NCBI GenBank assembly: GCA_043718025.1 | Contig: JAYSWN010000073.1 | Location: 1 to 35,255, forward strand | Source of the DNA: Pseudomonadota bacterium | GTDB lineage: Bacteria; Bdellovibrionota; FAC87; UBA2466 | DNA length: 35,255 nt | Reading direction: 5' to 3' | Shown: positions 18,824 to 27,494 of the stretch, piece after piece | Position numbering within the stretch: the stretch's first letter is position 1 | How the letters are laid out: the number at the start of each line of letters is the position of its first letter | Translations under genes and position numbers: made by a program | The notes under the pieces: model-generated | Databases searched by the model: none | What the model was told of the DNA's origin: nothing | The model's input: only the letters and a program-made list of their open reading frames with translations

Positions 18824-19055
18824 TGCAACGAGGGGGCCGACGAGTGGCCAAATAGCGATAGAAAATCAGCACCTTAAACCACGCCTGAGGCTAATCCCTG
18901 CCTGTACTCTAGACACCTCTCCCGAAATATTAAATTCACGTCGTGATATCAGTAGGTTACGACTGAATGAATACAGTCGGCAGTTTCGTAAAATGGGTTA
19001 GCCACTAAGTACCGAGAACAGTTGCTACTTCTGCGTATTCAGCCGCAGCCTCTGT

Positions 19056-20870
19056 TCAACGACTAGACAACTTTACCTTTAATGAGGTGCGCCGGTGCGT
19101 GACCGCCTTTACCGACACGTCGTCGTGGGCATTGGCGATTGCGGCGGTGTTAAACATTTCAATTCCGATGTTCAGCTCTTTTTGCGGAACGTGAATGATC
19201 GGAAAAAGTTTGGTAGCGGCGGCAGGAATCGTTAGTTCCCATTTTGCCGCGGAGGGGGCGCTGCGCTTTGGTAGACAACCCAAATGATAGCCGCGGTTTC
19301 TATTGGTATTGTAGCCGCTGATATCAATTCGAAGTGATTCACCGCCGGTGAAACTTGTGACCTTTAAATGAAAGTCTTTTCCCGGCATAAAGACCCCATC
19401 CGCCTTTACCTTGTAGGGAGCAACGCCAGAAGTTTTGAATTTGAAACTCCGCTCTTTGCGTTCTGTAGCTCCCACCAGGGTAAACTTTTCGGTTAAGCTC
19501 AGCCACTTGGCCAATTGAGCGTGAGCAAACCCGGGGCCGGTCATGTCGCGGAAGTAATTAGACGGAAGAAAAGAAAGCGCAGCTTCGCCCTCCTTTTTAA
19601 ATGAGAGCTCCTTAAGGCCGAAATCAAACCCATCGGGATCGGGGTAATCCACTCGCGCATTAAAATCGAACTGGCGTAAACGACATTCGCCAAACACTTC
19701 GTCACTAACCACCTGCGGGCTGCGAAACGAAACCGAGGCTTCAAGAAATTTTTTATCCAAGGTGTAAGCGGCGATTTCATCTTCATCGATGCGAATGTTG
19801 AGCGACTGCTTTATTGCGGCGCTTTGATCGATACCCTGAGGTAGTGGCTTAGTGGCAGCCAGTGGCTCCAATAACTCTGCCGAGAAAGGCGATAATGAAC
19901 TTGGGCCTTTGGCTCCGGGCACTGGATTCGGAAATCCCCGGTCGTCGGTTCGGGCGACCAACGTATCCCACTTCTTTACGCCGGTTTTGTCCATGGTAAG
20001 GCGCAGTACCCAACTGGTCCGGCTAAGTTCTTCTAATTCCCAACGACTTTCCCGGTGCATGTCGGCAAAATCGTCGAAAACGAAATTGCCTAGGCTATAA
20101 ACAATTAATTTGCCCTTGTAAGTTTCGCTACCCTCGGTGACGTGCGGGTGGCCGCCGATGACCACGTCGGCGCCGGCATCAATCATTTTACGGGCCAGGT
20201 TTTTTTGTCGGGCGTTAGGATGGGTGAGGTATTCCTCACCCCAGTGCATAAAAGTGAGCACAAGATCAACTTGCGATCGAACCGCACGAATGTCCTCTAT
20301 CACTTCTGCGTCTTCGCTCCACGCCACGCCCGCTTTAGTCTCGGTGGCTTCAAACGAACGGGGTCGAAATTCGTTGTAGCCCAGAATCGCAATTCTCAAA
20401 CCCTTCTTTTCCACAATCCAGGGTGCATGCGCCCGTTTCTTGTTCTCACCCGCGCCAAAGTAGTTCACCTTGGCGGATTTTAAGTTACCAAACATTTCGG
20501 TGAGGGCTTCGGGGCCAAAATCGACGGTGTGGTTGTTGGCGAGAGAAACGGCGTCAAAGTGTTTGGCGACGTACGAAAGTACCGCGGGGTCGGCGCGAAA
20601 CGTGTAGTGCTTTTCCGCGCGCAACCCGGAATCGGCGGCCACGCACTCCAAATTACCCACACGAATATCGGCGGCGGCTAAGACCGAGGCAAACCCGGCA
20701 AACGGGTCTTGGCCTTGGGCAATGAATTTGCCGGGCCGCCGCCCGAGAAGAATGTCACCTACAAATACCAGATCTACCGTTGGGGAAGGCCTGACCGCCT
20801 TAGCGGCGAGGCTATTCGGCGGACAAAGCAAGTACGCAAACCCTAAAATAAATAACATGGGGCGAATCAT
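19056..20870 (-). CDS. CapA (PGA_cap) family metallophosphoesterase with a C-terminal extension of about 280 aa
   Basis: Motifs VGDI, GNLE, SLANNH..DFG, HWG.EY, GGHPHV and YSLGNFVFD. Start is likely ATG 20870 (ORF track gives 20906). Confidence 0.88.
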   Translation of the reverse strand: MIRPMLFILGFAYLLCPPNSLAAKAVRPSPTVDLVFVGDILLGRRPGKFIAQGQDPFAGFASVLAAADIRVGNLECVAADSGLRAEKHYTFRADPAVLSYVAKHFDAVSLANNHTVDFGPEALTEMFGNLKSAKVNYFGAGENKKRAHAPWIVEKKGLRIAILGYNEFRPRSFEATETKAGVAWSEDAEVIEDIRAVRSQVDLVLTFMHWGEEYLTHPNARQKNLARKMIDAGADVVIGGHPHVTEGSETYKGKLIVYSLGNFVFDDFADMHRESRWELEELSRTSWVLRLTMDKTGVKKWDTLVARTDDRGFPNPVPGAKGPSSLSPFSAELLEPLAATKPLPQGIDQSAAIKQSLNIRIDEDEIAAYTLDKKFLEASVSFRSPQVVSDEVFGECRLRQFDFNARVDYPDPDGFDFGLKELSFKKEGEAALSFLPSNYFRDMTGPGFAHAQLAKWLSLTEKFTLVGATERKERSFKFKTSGVAPYKVKADGVFMPGKDFHLKVTSFTGGESLRIDISGYNTNRNRGYHLGCLPKRSAPSAAKWELTIPAAATKLFPIIHVPQKELNIGIEMFNTAAIANAHDDVSVKAVTHRRTSLKVKLSSR

Positions 20871-20916
20871 AACCTTCGTTTTGGCATTCACGGCTCGACC
20901 CGGCAAGCATCGGTAA

Positions 20917-21816
20917 CTAATGAACCATCTTCGAGCGGCTAAGCAACGCGGTACCCATTGCCGCTACAAAAATGAGCAACGCCCCCACCCATTGAATTGG
21001 ATTCATATGTTCGCCGAACAAAAGAAAAGCAAACAGCGCCGCAAATGGCCCCTCCAATAGTAAAAAAACGCTCACCACCGATGGCGAAATCACTTTTTGC
21101 GCCCGAATCTGAATCATAAATCCGATGAGCGAAGAGCCCACGGCTAAAAACACAATCCCGGCCGCCGCCAACGGCTGGATGGGAAACCAATGAATCGGTT
21201 CAAGTGGCACGGCGAGACAGAGCGGAATGAGCCCGGCCCAAAAACTTTGGAAGACATTAAATTGAAACGACGATCCCATCCTACCCGCCAGCGCCCCCAA
21301 ACTTATGATCTGAACGGCCGCACATAGGGAACAGGCAAGAGTCATGAGATCTCCCACGTTCCAATCTCCACTTTCGACTCCGGACATAAATCCCGTACCC
21401 AGCAAGGCCACAAAAACAAAAAGCAGGTGCCAGGGCCGAACCGACTGTTTTCGAAAGGTGGTCTCAAAGAGGGGAACAAACACAACGTAGAGGCAGGTGA
21501 TGAAACCACTTTTTGTAACGGTGGTGTATTTTAGTCCATACGTTTGAAAAATGAGTGAGGCCCCCAAAAAGAGTCCGGGGGTGGCGGCCAGATAGAACTG
21601 CGACAGGGGCGGCAGTTTAAAAGGCCGTCGGCCCCCAAAGAAAAATGGCAGCGCAACCACTACGACAACAAAAGAACGAATCGCTTGGATCCAGAGGGGA
21701 CCGTAACTCTCGAGCGCCCAACGCGTGGCCACGAATCCAAAACCCCACAGTGCCGAAGCAAAAAGCAACTCAAGAAGAATAAGTGGTCGCGAAGAATGTG
21801 ATGCTGGGTAAGCCAT
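20917..21816 (-). CDS. DMT/EamA family transporter
   Basis: About 10 TMs in two repeats; motifs LWGFGFV, QTYGLKYTT..SGFIT and LLEGPFAALFA. Confidence 0.92.
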   Translation of the reverse strand: MAYPASHSSRPLILLELLFASALWGFGFVATRWALESYGPLWIQAIRSFVVVVVALPFFFGGRRPFKLPPLSQFYLAATPGLFLGASLIFQTYGLKYTTVTKSGFITCLYVVFVPLFETTFRKQSVRPWHLLFVFVALLGTGFMSGVESGDWNVGDLMTLACSLCAAVQIISLGALAGRMGSSFQFNVFQSFWAGLIPLCLAVPLEPIHWFPIQPLAAAGIVFLAVGSSLIGFMIQIRAQKVISPSVVSVFLLLEGPFAALFAFLLFGEHMNPIQWVGALLIFVAAMGTALLSRSKMVH

Positions 21817-22115
21817 TTTGGTTGGCTAGGGTCTTACCCGTGATTGCGGTCGAGGAGAATAAGATTATTCCCGCTCCTTTTCCACGGGCTTGCGGGGCGT
21901 TGGCGGTGTTTCAAGTCATGAAAAAATCAGAGCCATTTCAAAGGTTAGGAAACCGCAAGCGACAATTCGCGGCACGGTGTCTAACGACCAACGTCTCTTG
22001 AGCCTAAATCCAAGCTAAATGGGGTGGTCCACTGACTGCATACACCGTTATAGCTTTTCCTTTATTGGGGGACCGATCCCCGTGAGGAAACGCGTTGGTG
22101 GGTAGGGACACGAGG

Positions 22116-22553
22116 ATGATTTTTACTAACTTATTGGAAAGCGAAGGCAACGCCGTGGACAGGGCCAGGCGTTTTGTGCTTTTTGTTTTTCCGCTTTTCG
22201 TCGCGATGGTAGTGGCGGCCACTTGGCCTTACCAGCCCACCGCCGAGGTTCGCATCGCGACCCCCGAAGAAAAAGAGACCGTGGTGGAGAGCCTTGGCCG
22301 TTTGCCTAGCTACTACCACCAGCTAGAAAAAGTAAGCGCGAGCCTTATCGATGACCTGGTCTTCGAACGTGTCACCATTCAAGTTCACAACCAAGCGGCC
22401 CCTACTGCCGAAGTTCACGAAGATACCCTGAGGTTGAGCGAAGGTTTCTTTGAAACCGATCCGCGATCGCAAGCTGAAGCCATTGCCGCCGCCATTGCCC
22501 CGCCCGACAAAAAATTAAAATCTAATTCTGAAATCGCTACCGTTGGCGAATAA
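22116..22553 (+). CDS. Membrane-anchored hypothetical protein
   Basis: One N-terminal TM followed by a small alpha/beta domain; fills the gap before the convergent sppA. The start codon is uncertain. Confidence 0.55.
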   Translation: MIFTNLLESEGNAVDRARRFVLFVFPLFVAMVVAATWPYQPTAEVRIATPEEKETVVESLGRLPSYYHQLEKVSASLIDDLVFERVTIQVHNQAAPTAEVHEDTLRLSEGFFETDPRSQAEAIAAAIAPPDKKLKSNSEIATVGE

Positions 22554-22554
22554 A

Positions 22555-24984
22555 TTACAGTTCCGGATTCCAATACAGAAACGGCTGGTCTTTAAGCACG
22601 CTCATCCATTGCAGTGTTCTTAAGCTCTCTTTTCCCATAACGTGAAGCAGCAGCTCACTCGTGAGATCGCTCTTTTCCATTTTAATGAGGCCCCCGCCTT
22701 CGAACATATCGAATAGGCCCGGCGATTCGGCCACCGAAAGAACCTCAAAATCACCCGGCGCATAGCCCACCTGAGTGGCGGCGTATTGAACCGCTTTATG
22801 AATGCCGCCAATCTCATCAACCAATTTATGCTTTAAAGCCTGACGTCCAATCCACACCCTTCCCTTCGCCACTTTATCTACTTCAATTTGCGAAAGCTTT
22901 CGCGCCTTGGCCACGAAACTGGTGAAACCGTCGTAATACTGATCGACCCGGCGACTCAGAAGTTTTCTTTCTTGATCGCTCCAAGCCCGGTCTTCGGAAT
23001 CGATGGCCGCAAAGGGACCACCGCCCAAAAACTCTTTGCGCAGTTCAATTTTCTTAAATAGGCCACCTAAATTAAACTTGCCCAAGAAAACGCCAATCGA
23101 TCCAGTTTGCGTAAGGTTGTCGGCAAAAATTCTGTCGGCCGGCGCCGAGATCATGTAGCCGCCACTGGCGGCAACGTCGCCCATTGAAATGACAACGAGC
23201 TTGTCTTTTTTAGCCCGCTCAACCATCGCCGCAATTTCATCGCTGGGTAAAATTTCGCCACCGGGGCTCGAAACCCGCAAGACAATGGCGCGCGTACGCC
23301 GATCCGACATTGCCCGCCTAAACTGCCTCTCGACCGAGTCGGGAGTGATGTGACTCTCGCCACCGAGAGAAAGCAACCGGCTCTTCTTTCGCAAAATATC
23401 CCCGTCGGCCACAATGACACTCACCCGCGGGGGTAAAGCGAGACGATCGCTTTCCATAAAGAGATCATCGATCATCACATAACTTTTGCGAATCTTTTCG
23501 CCCTCTTTTTGCCAACCGCTTACGGCGTCGACGAGCCCGTTAGCTTTTGCGTCTTCGGCGCCAAAAATCCCTTGCTCTACAATCGACTGCCATTTGGTGG
23601 CGTCGATACGTCGAGATTTCATCAGTAGTCTTTGTATTTCGGTTTCGGTGGCTTCGATCTGCTCGAGCGTGGCTCGGCGCGAGGAGTCCGAACTTTCTCG
23701 GCGCGTAAACATTTCGGGGGCCGACTTGTATTCGCCCTTAGCCAAAAACTGCCCCTCCACCCCCAATTTTTCTAAGGTGCCCTTTAAGAAATAGCGTTGC
23801 GACTTAAGCCCAAGAATTTTTAACTCGCCGGCCGATTCCATGTGCACGGTGGTTCCCGCCGAGGCGATCAGATATTCTTTGATGCCGGCATTGCCCAAAA
23901 AGACTTCAACTTTCTTGCCCGCCTGGCGCACTTTCCAAATGGCCTCAAATAACTCTTCGGCGGCGCCCAATCCCAAGGCAAAACTTTCGAGGCGAATCAC
24001 CACCGCGTCTACGCGCGTTTGTTTCTCGGCCATTTCCAGCTGTTGAATCACGTCGAGCAAGGATTGCCGGTCTTTGAGAAAAAGGCCGCCCCGGTACCCC
24101 ATTTCGTCGATCTGGTTATCTACCTTGAGCCGAAGCGCGGTGGGGGGATCCACCACTGACGAAGCGTATGGCTGGGTGTTGGCCTCAACCTGCACGGTGA
24201 CGCTGCGGGGGGCAGCCGCGTCGGGCTGAAATGACGAGGCCAGTTTGATATTGGCCAGCCGGAGCTGAATTCCCGCATTCCATTTAAATTGCTCGTGATA
24301 CCCGGCACGAACAAAAAGGCCCGGAATCACTTCCGCCTGGGCGTTGGCCTGGTAACTCAAGGTTTGTAAAAAGTTGGTGCTGGTGGTGTCGACGTCGGCC
24401 ATCAGGGTGACCCAGGGAAGGGGACGAAGCGTTGCCCCAAAAACAAATTGGACCGGAAGCACCGCGCCCGCCAATTGTGGACGGTTTAAGTCGTTGGCAA
24501 AAATACCGACGCTCCAAAGTTTTGAAGGCCTAATTTGCAGACCTAGTCCAACCGAATCGTAAGAACCCAAAGTCGCCACATCGGAGCGAACCAGAACGTA
24601 GCGCAATCCCAGGTAAACCATGGGGGGAAGGCTCGGCCACAGGGGAAAGGAGGGCAGCCCCAGGGCAAAACCAAAACGCTGCCGTTTTCCCGGTGCAAAT
24701 TGAATCTCTTCTAGACCTAAGCTAACCAGACCGTAGCCGAGGGTTACCGCAAAATCGTGAGACTGCACCCGGCTAAAGCCAAATGACTCAGAAAGAATTA
24801 AGCGCGACCCGTTTAGCTCAGAGTCAAAACCAATTGCCGCCGGGTTGGTCCATAAGTTTTGCGAACCGTGGGTGTGGGATACCGAGGTGCCAGGCTCTAC
24901 GTTGCCCACTAAGGGTTCGGCCATTCCCAGTTTCGTAACCAGGCAAAAAATTAAAATGAACCAAAGAAACGCGAAGTTTTTCAT
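22555..24984 (-). CDS. sppA: SppA (S49, 67K tandem-domain type) protease with an N-terminal outer-membrane beta-barrel
   Basis: ATG 24984 with AGGGG upstream gives a signal peptide. Catalytic Lys in GEYKSAPE; RVSSPGG; catalytic Ser in SMGDVAASGGY; TGSIGV; AKGRVWIG. About 260 aa of beta-strands carrying LWTNPAAIG precede the protease. Confidence 0.9.
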   Translation of the reverse strand: MKNFAFLWFILIFCLVTKLGMAEPLVGNVEPGTSVSHTHGSQNLWTNPAAIGFDSELNGSRLILSESFGFSRVQSHDFAVTLGYGLVSLGLEEIQFAPGKRQRFGFALGLPSFPLWPSLPPMVYLGLRYVLVRSDVATLGSYDSVGLGLQIRPSKLWSVGIFANDLNRPQLAGAVLPVQFVFGATLRPLPWVTLMADVDTTSTNFLQTLSYQANAQAEVIPGLFVRAGYHEQFKWNAGIQLRLANIKLASSFQPDAAAPRSVTVQVEANTQPYASSVVDPPTALRLKVDNQIDEMGYRGGLFLKDRQSLLDVIQQLEMAEKQTRVDAVVIRLESFALGLGAAEELFEAIWKVRQAGKKVEVFLGNAGIKEYLIASAGTTVHMESAGELKILGLKSQRYFLKGTLEKLGVEGQFLAKGEYKSAPEMFTRRESSDSSRRATLEQIEATETEIQRLLMKSRRIDATKWQSIVEQGIFGAEDAKANGLVDAVSGWQKEGEKIRKSYVMIDDLFMESDRLALPPRVSVIVADGDILRKKSRLLSLGGESHITPDSVERQFRRAMSDRRTRAIVLRVSSPGGEILPSDEIAAMVERAKKDKLVVISMGDVAASGGYMISAPADRIFADNLTQTGSIGVFLGKFNLGGLFKKIELRKEFLGGGPFAAIDSEDRAWSDQERKLLSRRVDQYYDGFTSFVAKARKLSQIEVDKVAKGRVWIGRQALKHKLVDEIGGIHKAVQYAATQVGYAPGDFEVLSVAESPGLFDMFEGGGLIKMEKSDLTSELLLHVMGKESLRTLQWMSVLKDQPFLYWNPEL

Positions 24985-25197
24985 GGAAAGGCCCCTAGCT
25001 CGAAAAGACCCGCAAAAGATAGCTAATCTCTCCTCGTCACGACAGTCATTTCTCGGGCTTTGAAAACGGCACAACAAGCGACCGACCGCGTTAGCGTCGT
25101 TTGCCCCCCAACTAGTAACGGCCGGATAAGATTCAACAATGGCGGTGGGGCCGGAGGCCCATTTGATCCCGGTGCTTAGTTTTGTTAAAGAGAGGGG

Positions 25198-25596
25198 ATG
25201 GCATTGGACCCACTCGAAAAAGATCACCTCCGGCAACAGATGGCCACCCGCATGGGCAGTTTTCTTGAAGGGGGCAAAACCGTGAGCTGCGTTAGCGGCC
25301 ACGTCTTTAATGAGCTTAGGCAGTGCGAGCTTTGCGGACGCGTGCATGCGGATGAGCTAATGGTAATCAAGAACCGGGCTCACAAAAAGATGATGGTATC
25401 GCTCGATTGCCTCAAAGAGATGGTGCGCTTTAGCGTGACCGACGTGGAAGACCTTCCCAAATGGCTGGAAAAGATCAAAACGCTTTGGGGAGAAGAGGGT
25501 CGCCGTAAGGAAGAAGAGACCAAGAAACGCGATGATGAACGGCGCCGCCTTGAAAAAAAGGTGATCGTGCGCAAGCGACCTAGGCTTCCCGCTTAA
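25198..25596 (+). CDS. Hypothetical protein with putative Zn-binding motif and charged C-terminal helix
   Basis: GAGAGGGG precedes the ATG; CELCG..H...VSLDC; immediately upstream of cinA. Confidence 0.7.
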   Translation: MALDPLEKDHLRQQMATRMGSFLEGGKTVSCVSGHVFNELRQCELCGRVHADELMVIKNRAHKKMMVSLDCLKEMVRFSVTDVEDLPKWLEKIKTLWGEEGRRKEEETKKRDDERRRLEKKVIVRKRPRLPA

Positions 25597-25623
25597 CGCC
25601 TATTCGATTAGGCTGCTGGCCTA

Positions 25624-26886
25624 ATGAGCTCCCTCAATTTTATTGAAACTTTGGCCATTGGTGACGAACTGCTCACCGGAAAAATAGCGGACACCAACTC
25701 CGCCTTTATTGCGGCTCGTCTTTTTGAACTGGGCATTCGGCTGCACCGCTCGAGTGTGGTCGCGGATGACGAAAGTGAAATCGTCGATGTGCTTGGCGCG
25801 GTGAGTAAACGTAGCCGGGTAGCGATCGTGTTTGGCGGTTTGGGGCCAACCTCGGATGACAAAACGGCCGAAGTGGTGACCAGGTTGATCGGTGGCTCGC
25901 TCACGGTGCACGAACCTTCTCGCCAAAGGCTCATTCGCTTCATGGCCGATCGTAAACGCGAGATCAACGCCACCGTTCTCAAACAAGTTAACTACCCCGA
26001 AAAAGCCGAACCCATTCTCAATCCCGAAGGGCTTGCCCCGGCGTTTACGGTGCAGTGGCAGGGCTGCCGTTTCTATTTCTTACCCGGTGTCCCCATTGAA
26101 ATGAAGGCGATCTGGACCTCGGCCATTCAAAGTCAGCTGGTGGAACTTCACAAAGAGACCGGAGCCGCGGGCGTGCTGCATCACGGCTGGCGGCTACTCG
26201 GAATTCCTGAATCCGAAGTGCAACGGCTGATGGATCCGGTGGAGGCCGCCCTGCCGCCGGGAGTTTGGCTTGGTTACCGCACCCATTTTCCTGAAAACCA
26301 TTTGGTGCTGTACGTCAGCTCCGCCAGCAAAGACGCGCCGCACCTGCTTGAGGCGTACACGCAAAAAATCACCCCCCTCGTTGCCCCTTTTCTCTACACC
26401 GAAGAAGAAAAAGACTTAGAAGTTCTCATTCACGACCTGCTTAAGGCCAAAAACAAAACACTCGCCCTGGCAGAGTCTTGCACCGGTGGTTTGGCAAGTT
26501 ACCGACTCACCAAGATTCCGGGTCTGTCCGCGCACTTTTGGGGAAGCGAGGTGGTGTATCAAATGGCCGCCAAGAACGCCGTGTTTGGCCTGGGGCTGAC
26601 GCGCGAAGAGCAAACCGTATCGGCAGACTGCTCGAAGCATTTGGCCGAGGCTTTGTTCAAAAAAAGCGGCTGCGATGTGGTAGCGGCGATCACCGGTTAC
26701 CTAGGGCCCGCTGGAGGCACTGAAGAAAACCCGCCCGGCACCCTCTACATTCACGTGAAAAGCAAAACTCATGGCGTGTCGAGTCGATTCAGCGTGATGG
26801 TGCGTGACCGAGAGCGGGCCCAATGGGGCGCCGCGACTTATCTTTTTTACGAAATAGTGAAGAGGCTTCGGAGTGAGGCCCAGTAG
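25624..26886 (+). CDS. cinA: CinA family protein (MocF/pyrophosphatase domain + PncC NMN-deamidase domain)
   Basis: Motifs IGDELLTG..DTN, GGLGPTSDDKT, LPGVP.EM, AESCTGG and ITGYLGPAGG. Confidence 0.92.
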   Translation: MSSLNFIETLAIGDELLTGKIADTNSAFIAARLFELGIRLHRSSVVADDESEIVDVLGAVSKRSRVAIVFGGLGPTSDDKTAEVVTRLIGGSLTVHEPSRQRLIRFMADRKREINATVLKQVNYPEKAEPILNPEGLAPAFTVQWQGCRFYFLPGVPIEMKAIWTSAIQSQLVELHKETGAAGVLHHGWRLLGIPESEVQRLMDPVEAALPPGVWLGYRTHFPENHLVLYVSSASKDAPHLLEAYTQKITPLVAPFLYTEEEKDLEVLIHDLLKAKNKTLALAESCTGGLASYRLTKIPGLSAHFWGSEVVYQMAAKNAVFGLGLTREEQTVSADCSKHLAEALFKKSGCDVVAAITGYLGPAGGTEENPPGTLYIHVKSKTHGVSSRFSVMVRDRERAQWGAATYLFYEIVKRLRSEAQ

Positions 26887-26890
26887 AAAT

Positions 26891-26930
26891 AAAAAAAGCC
26901 CCGTAGAAAGAGCTACTTTCTACGGGGCTT
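26891..26930 (-). terminator. Intrinsic terminator between convergent genes (probably bidirectional)
   Basis: Perfect 15-bp stem AAGCCCCGTAGAAAG-AGCTA-CTTTCTACGGGGCTT with an A run on the left. Confidence 0.9.
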
Positions 26931-26941
26931 AATTTTAAAAC

Positions 26942-27259
26942 TTACTCTTCGGTGTTGGAGTTGCCGTTAGCGGAACCAAAATGGCTTCCGATCGCTGCTC
27001 CGGCCACCGCACCTGCAGCGGCACCTACGAGACCCGAGCTAACCGCACGAAGGTTAGGCTTCATCTTGGTCGTAGACTTGCTGGTCCGAACCGAAGTGGT
27101 CCGGGTAGCTTTCTTGGCCGTTTTGCTTACCACTTTTTTGGCAGGCTTACGCGCCGTGACTTTTTTCTTAGTGGCCTTTTTTGCCGCTTTGCGTGCTGGT
27201 TTTTTTGCCGCTACTTTTTTCTTCGTAGCCTTTTTTGCTTTTGCTTTTTTCTTAGCCAT
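26942..27259 (-). CDS. Lys/Ala-rich histone H1-like protein with C-terminal glycine zipper
   Basis: Strong SD AAGGAGG; repeated KKATKKKV(A/T)A(K/R)KPA; C-terminal GLVGAAAGAVAGAAIG. Confidence 0.75.
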   Translation of the reverse strand: MAKKKAKAKKATKKKVAAKKPARKAAKKATKKKVTARKPAKKVVSKTAKKATRTTSVRTSKSTTKMKPNLRAVSSGLVGAAAGAVAGAAIGSHFGSANGNSNTEE

Positions 27260-27494
27260 TTCACCCCTCCTTGCGGGATTTACCGTCGGAAAACAGATTT
27301 TCCTCGACTACCACGCGCCATATTGACGCGCAATCGAAGACTTTTTGTTATTGCATAAAAAACGGAATCCGTTTATCCATAAATTGTCTAATTAAACTCT
27401 CACAACAATTTATTTGGTTTCAAGTTACTTAATCGTAAGAGAGTACAAACTTGAGATAGCGGGTTTTATGTTGGTCATCTCTTTTGGGGGGAAC

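Noticed and set aside
19056..20870. Poly-gamma-glutamate capsule locus
   Set aside because: No capB/capC genes; standalone CapA-family genes are widespread.
24985..25347. 121-aa N-terminal extension of the 930-aa SppA ORF
   Set aside because: It overlaps the opposite-strand gene at 25198. ATG 24984 has an SD-like sequence and yields a clean signal peptide.
26952..27358. Phe/Leu-rich plus-strand ORFs resembling membrane proteins
   Set aside because: They are antisense shadows of the Lys-rich gene, which has the SD and the terminator.
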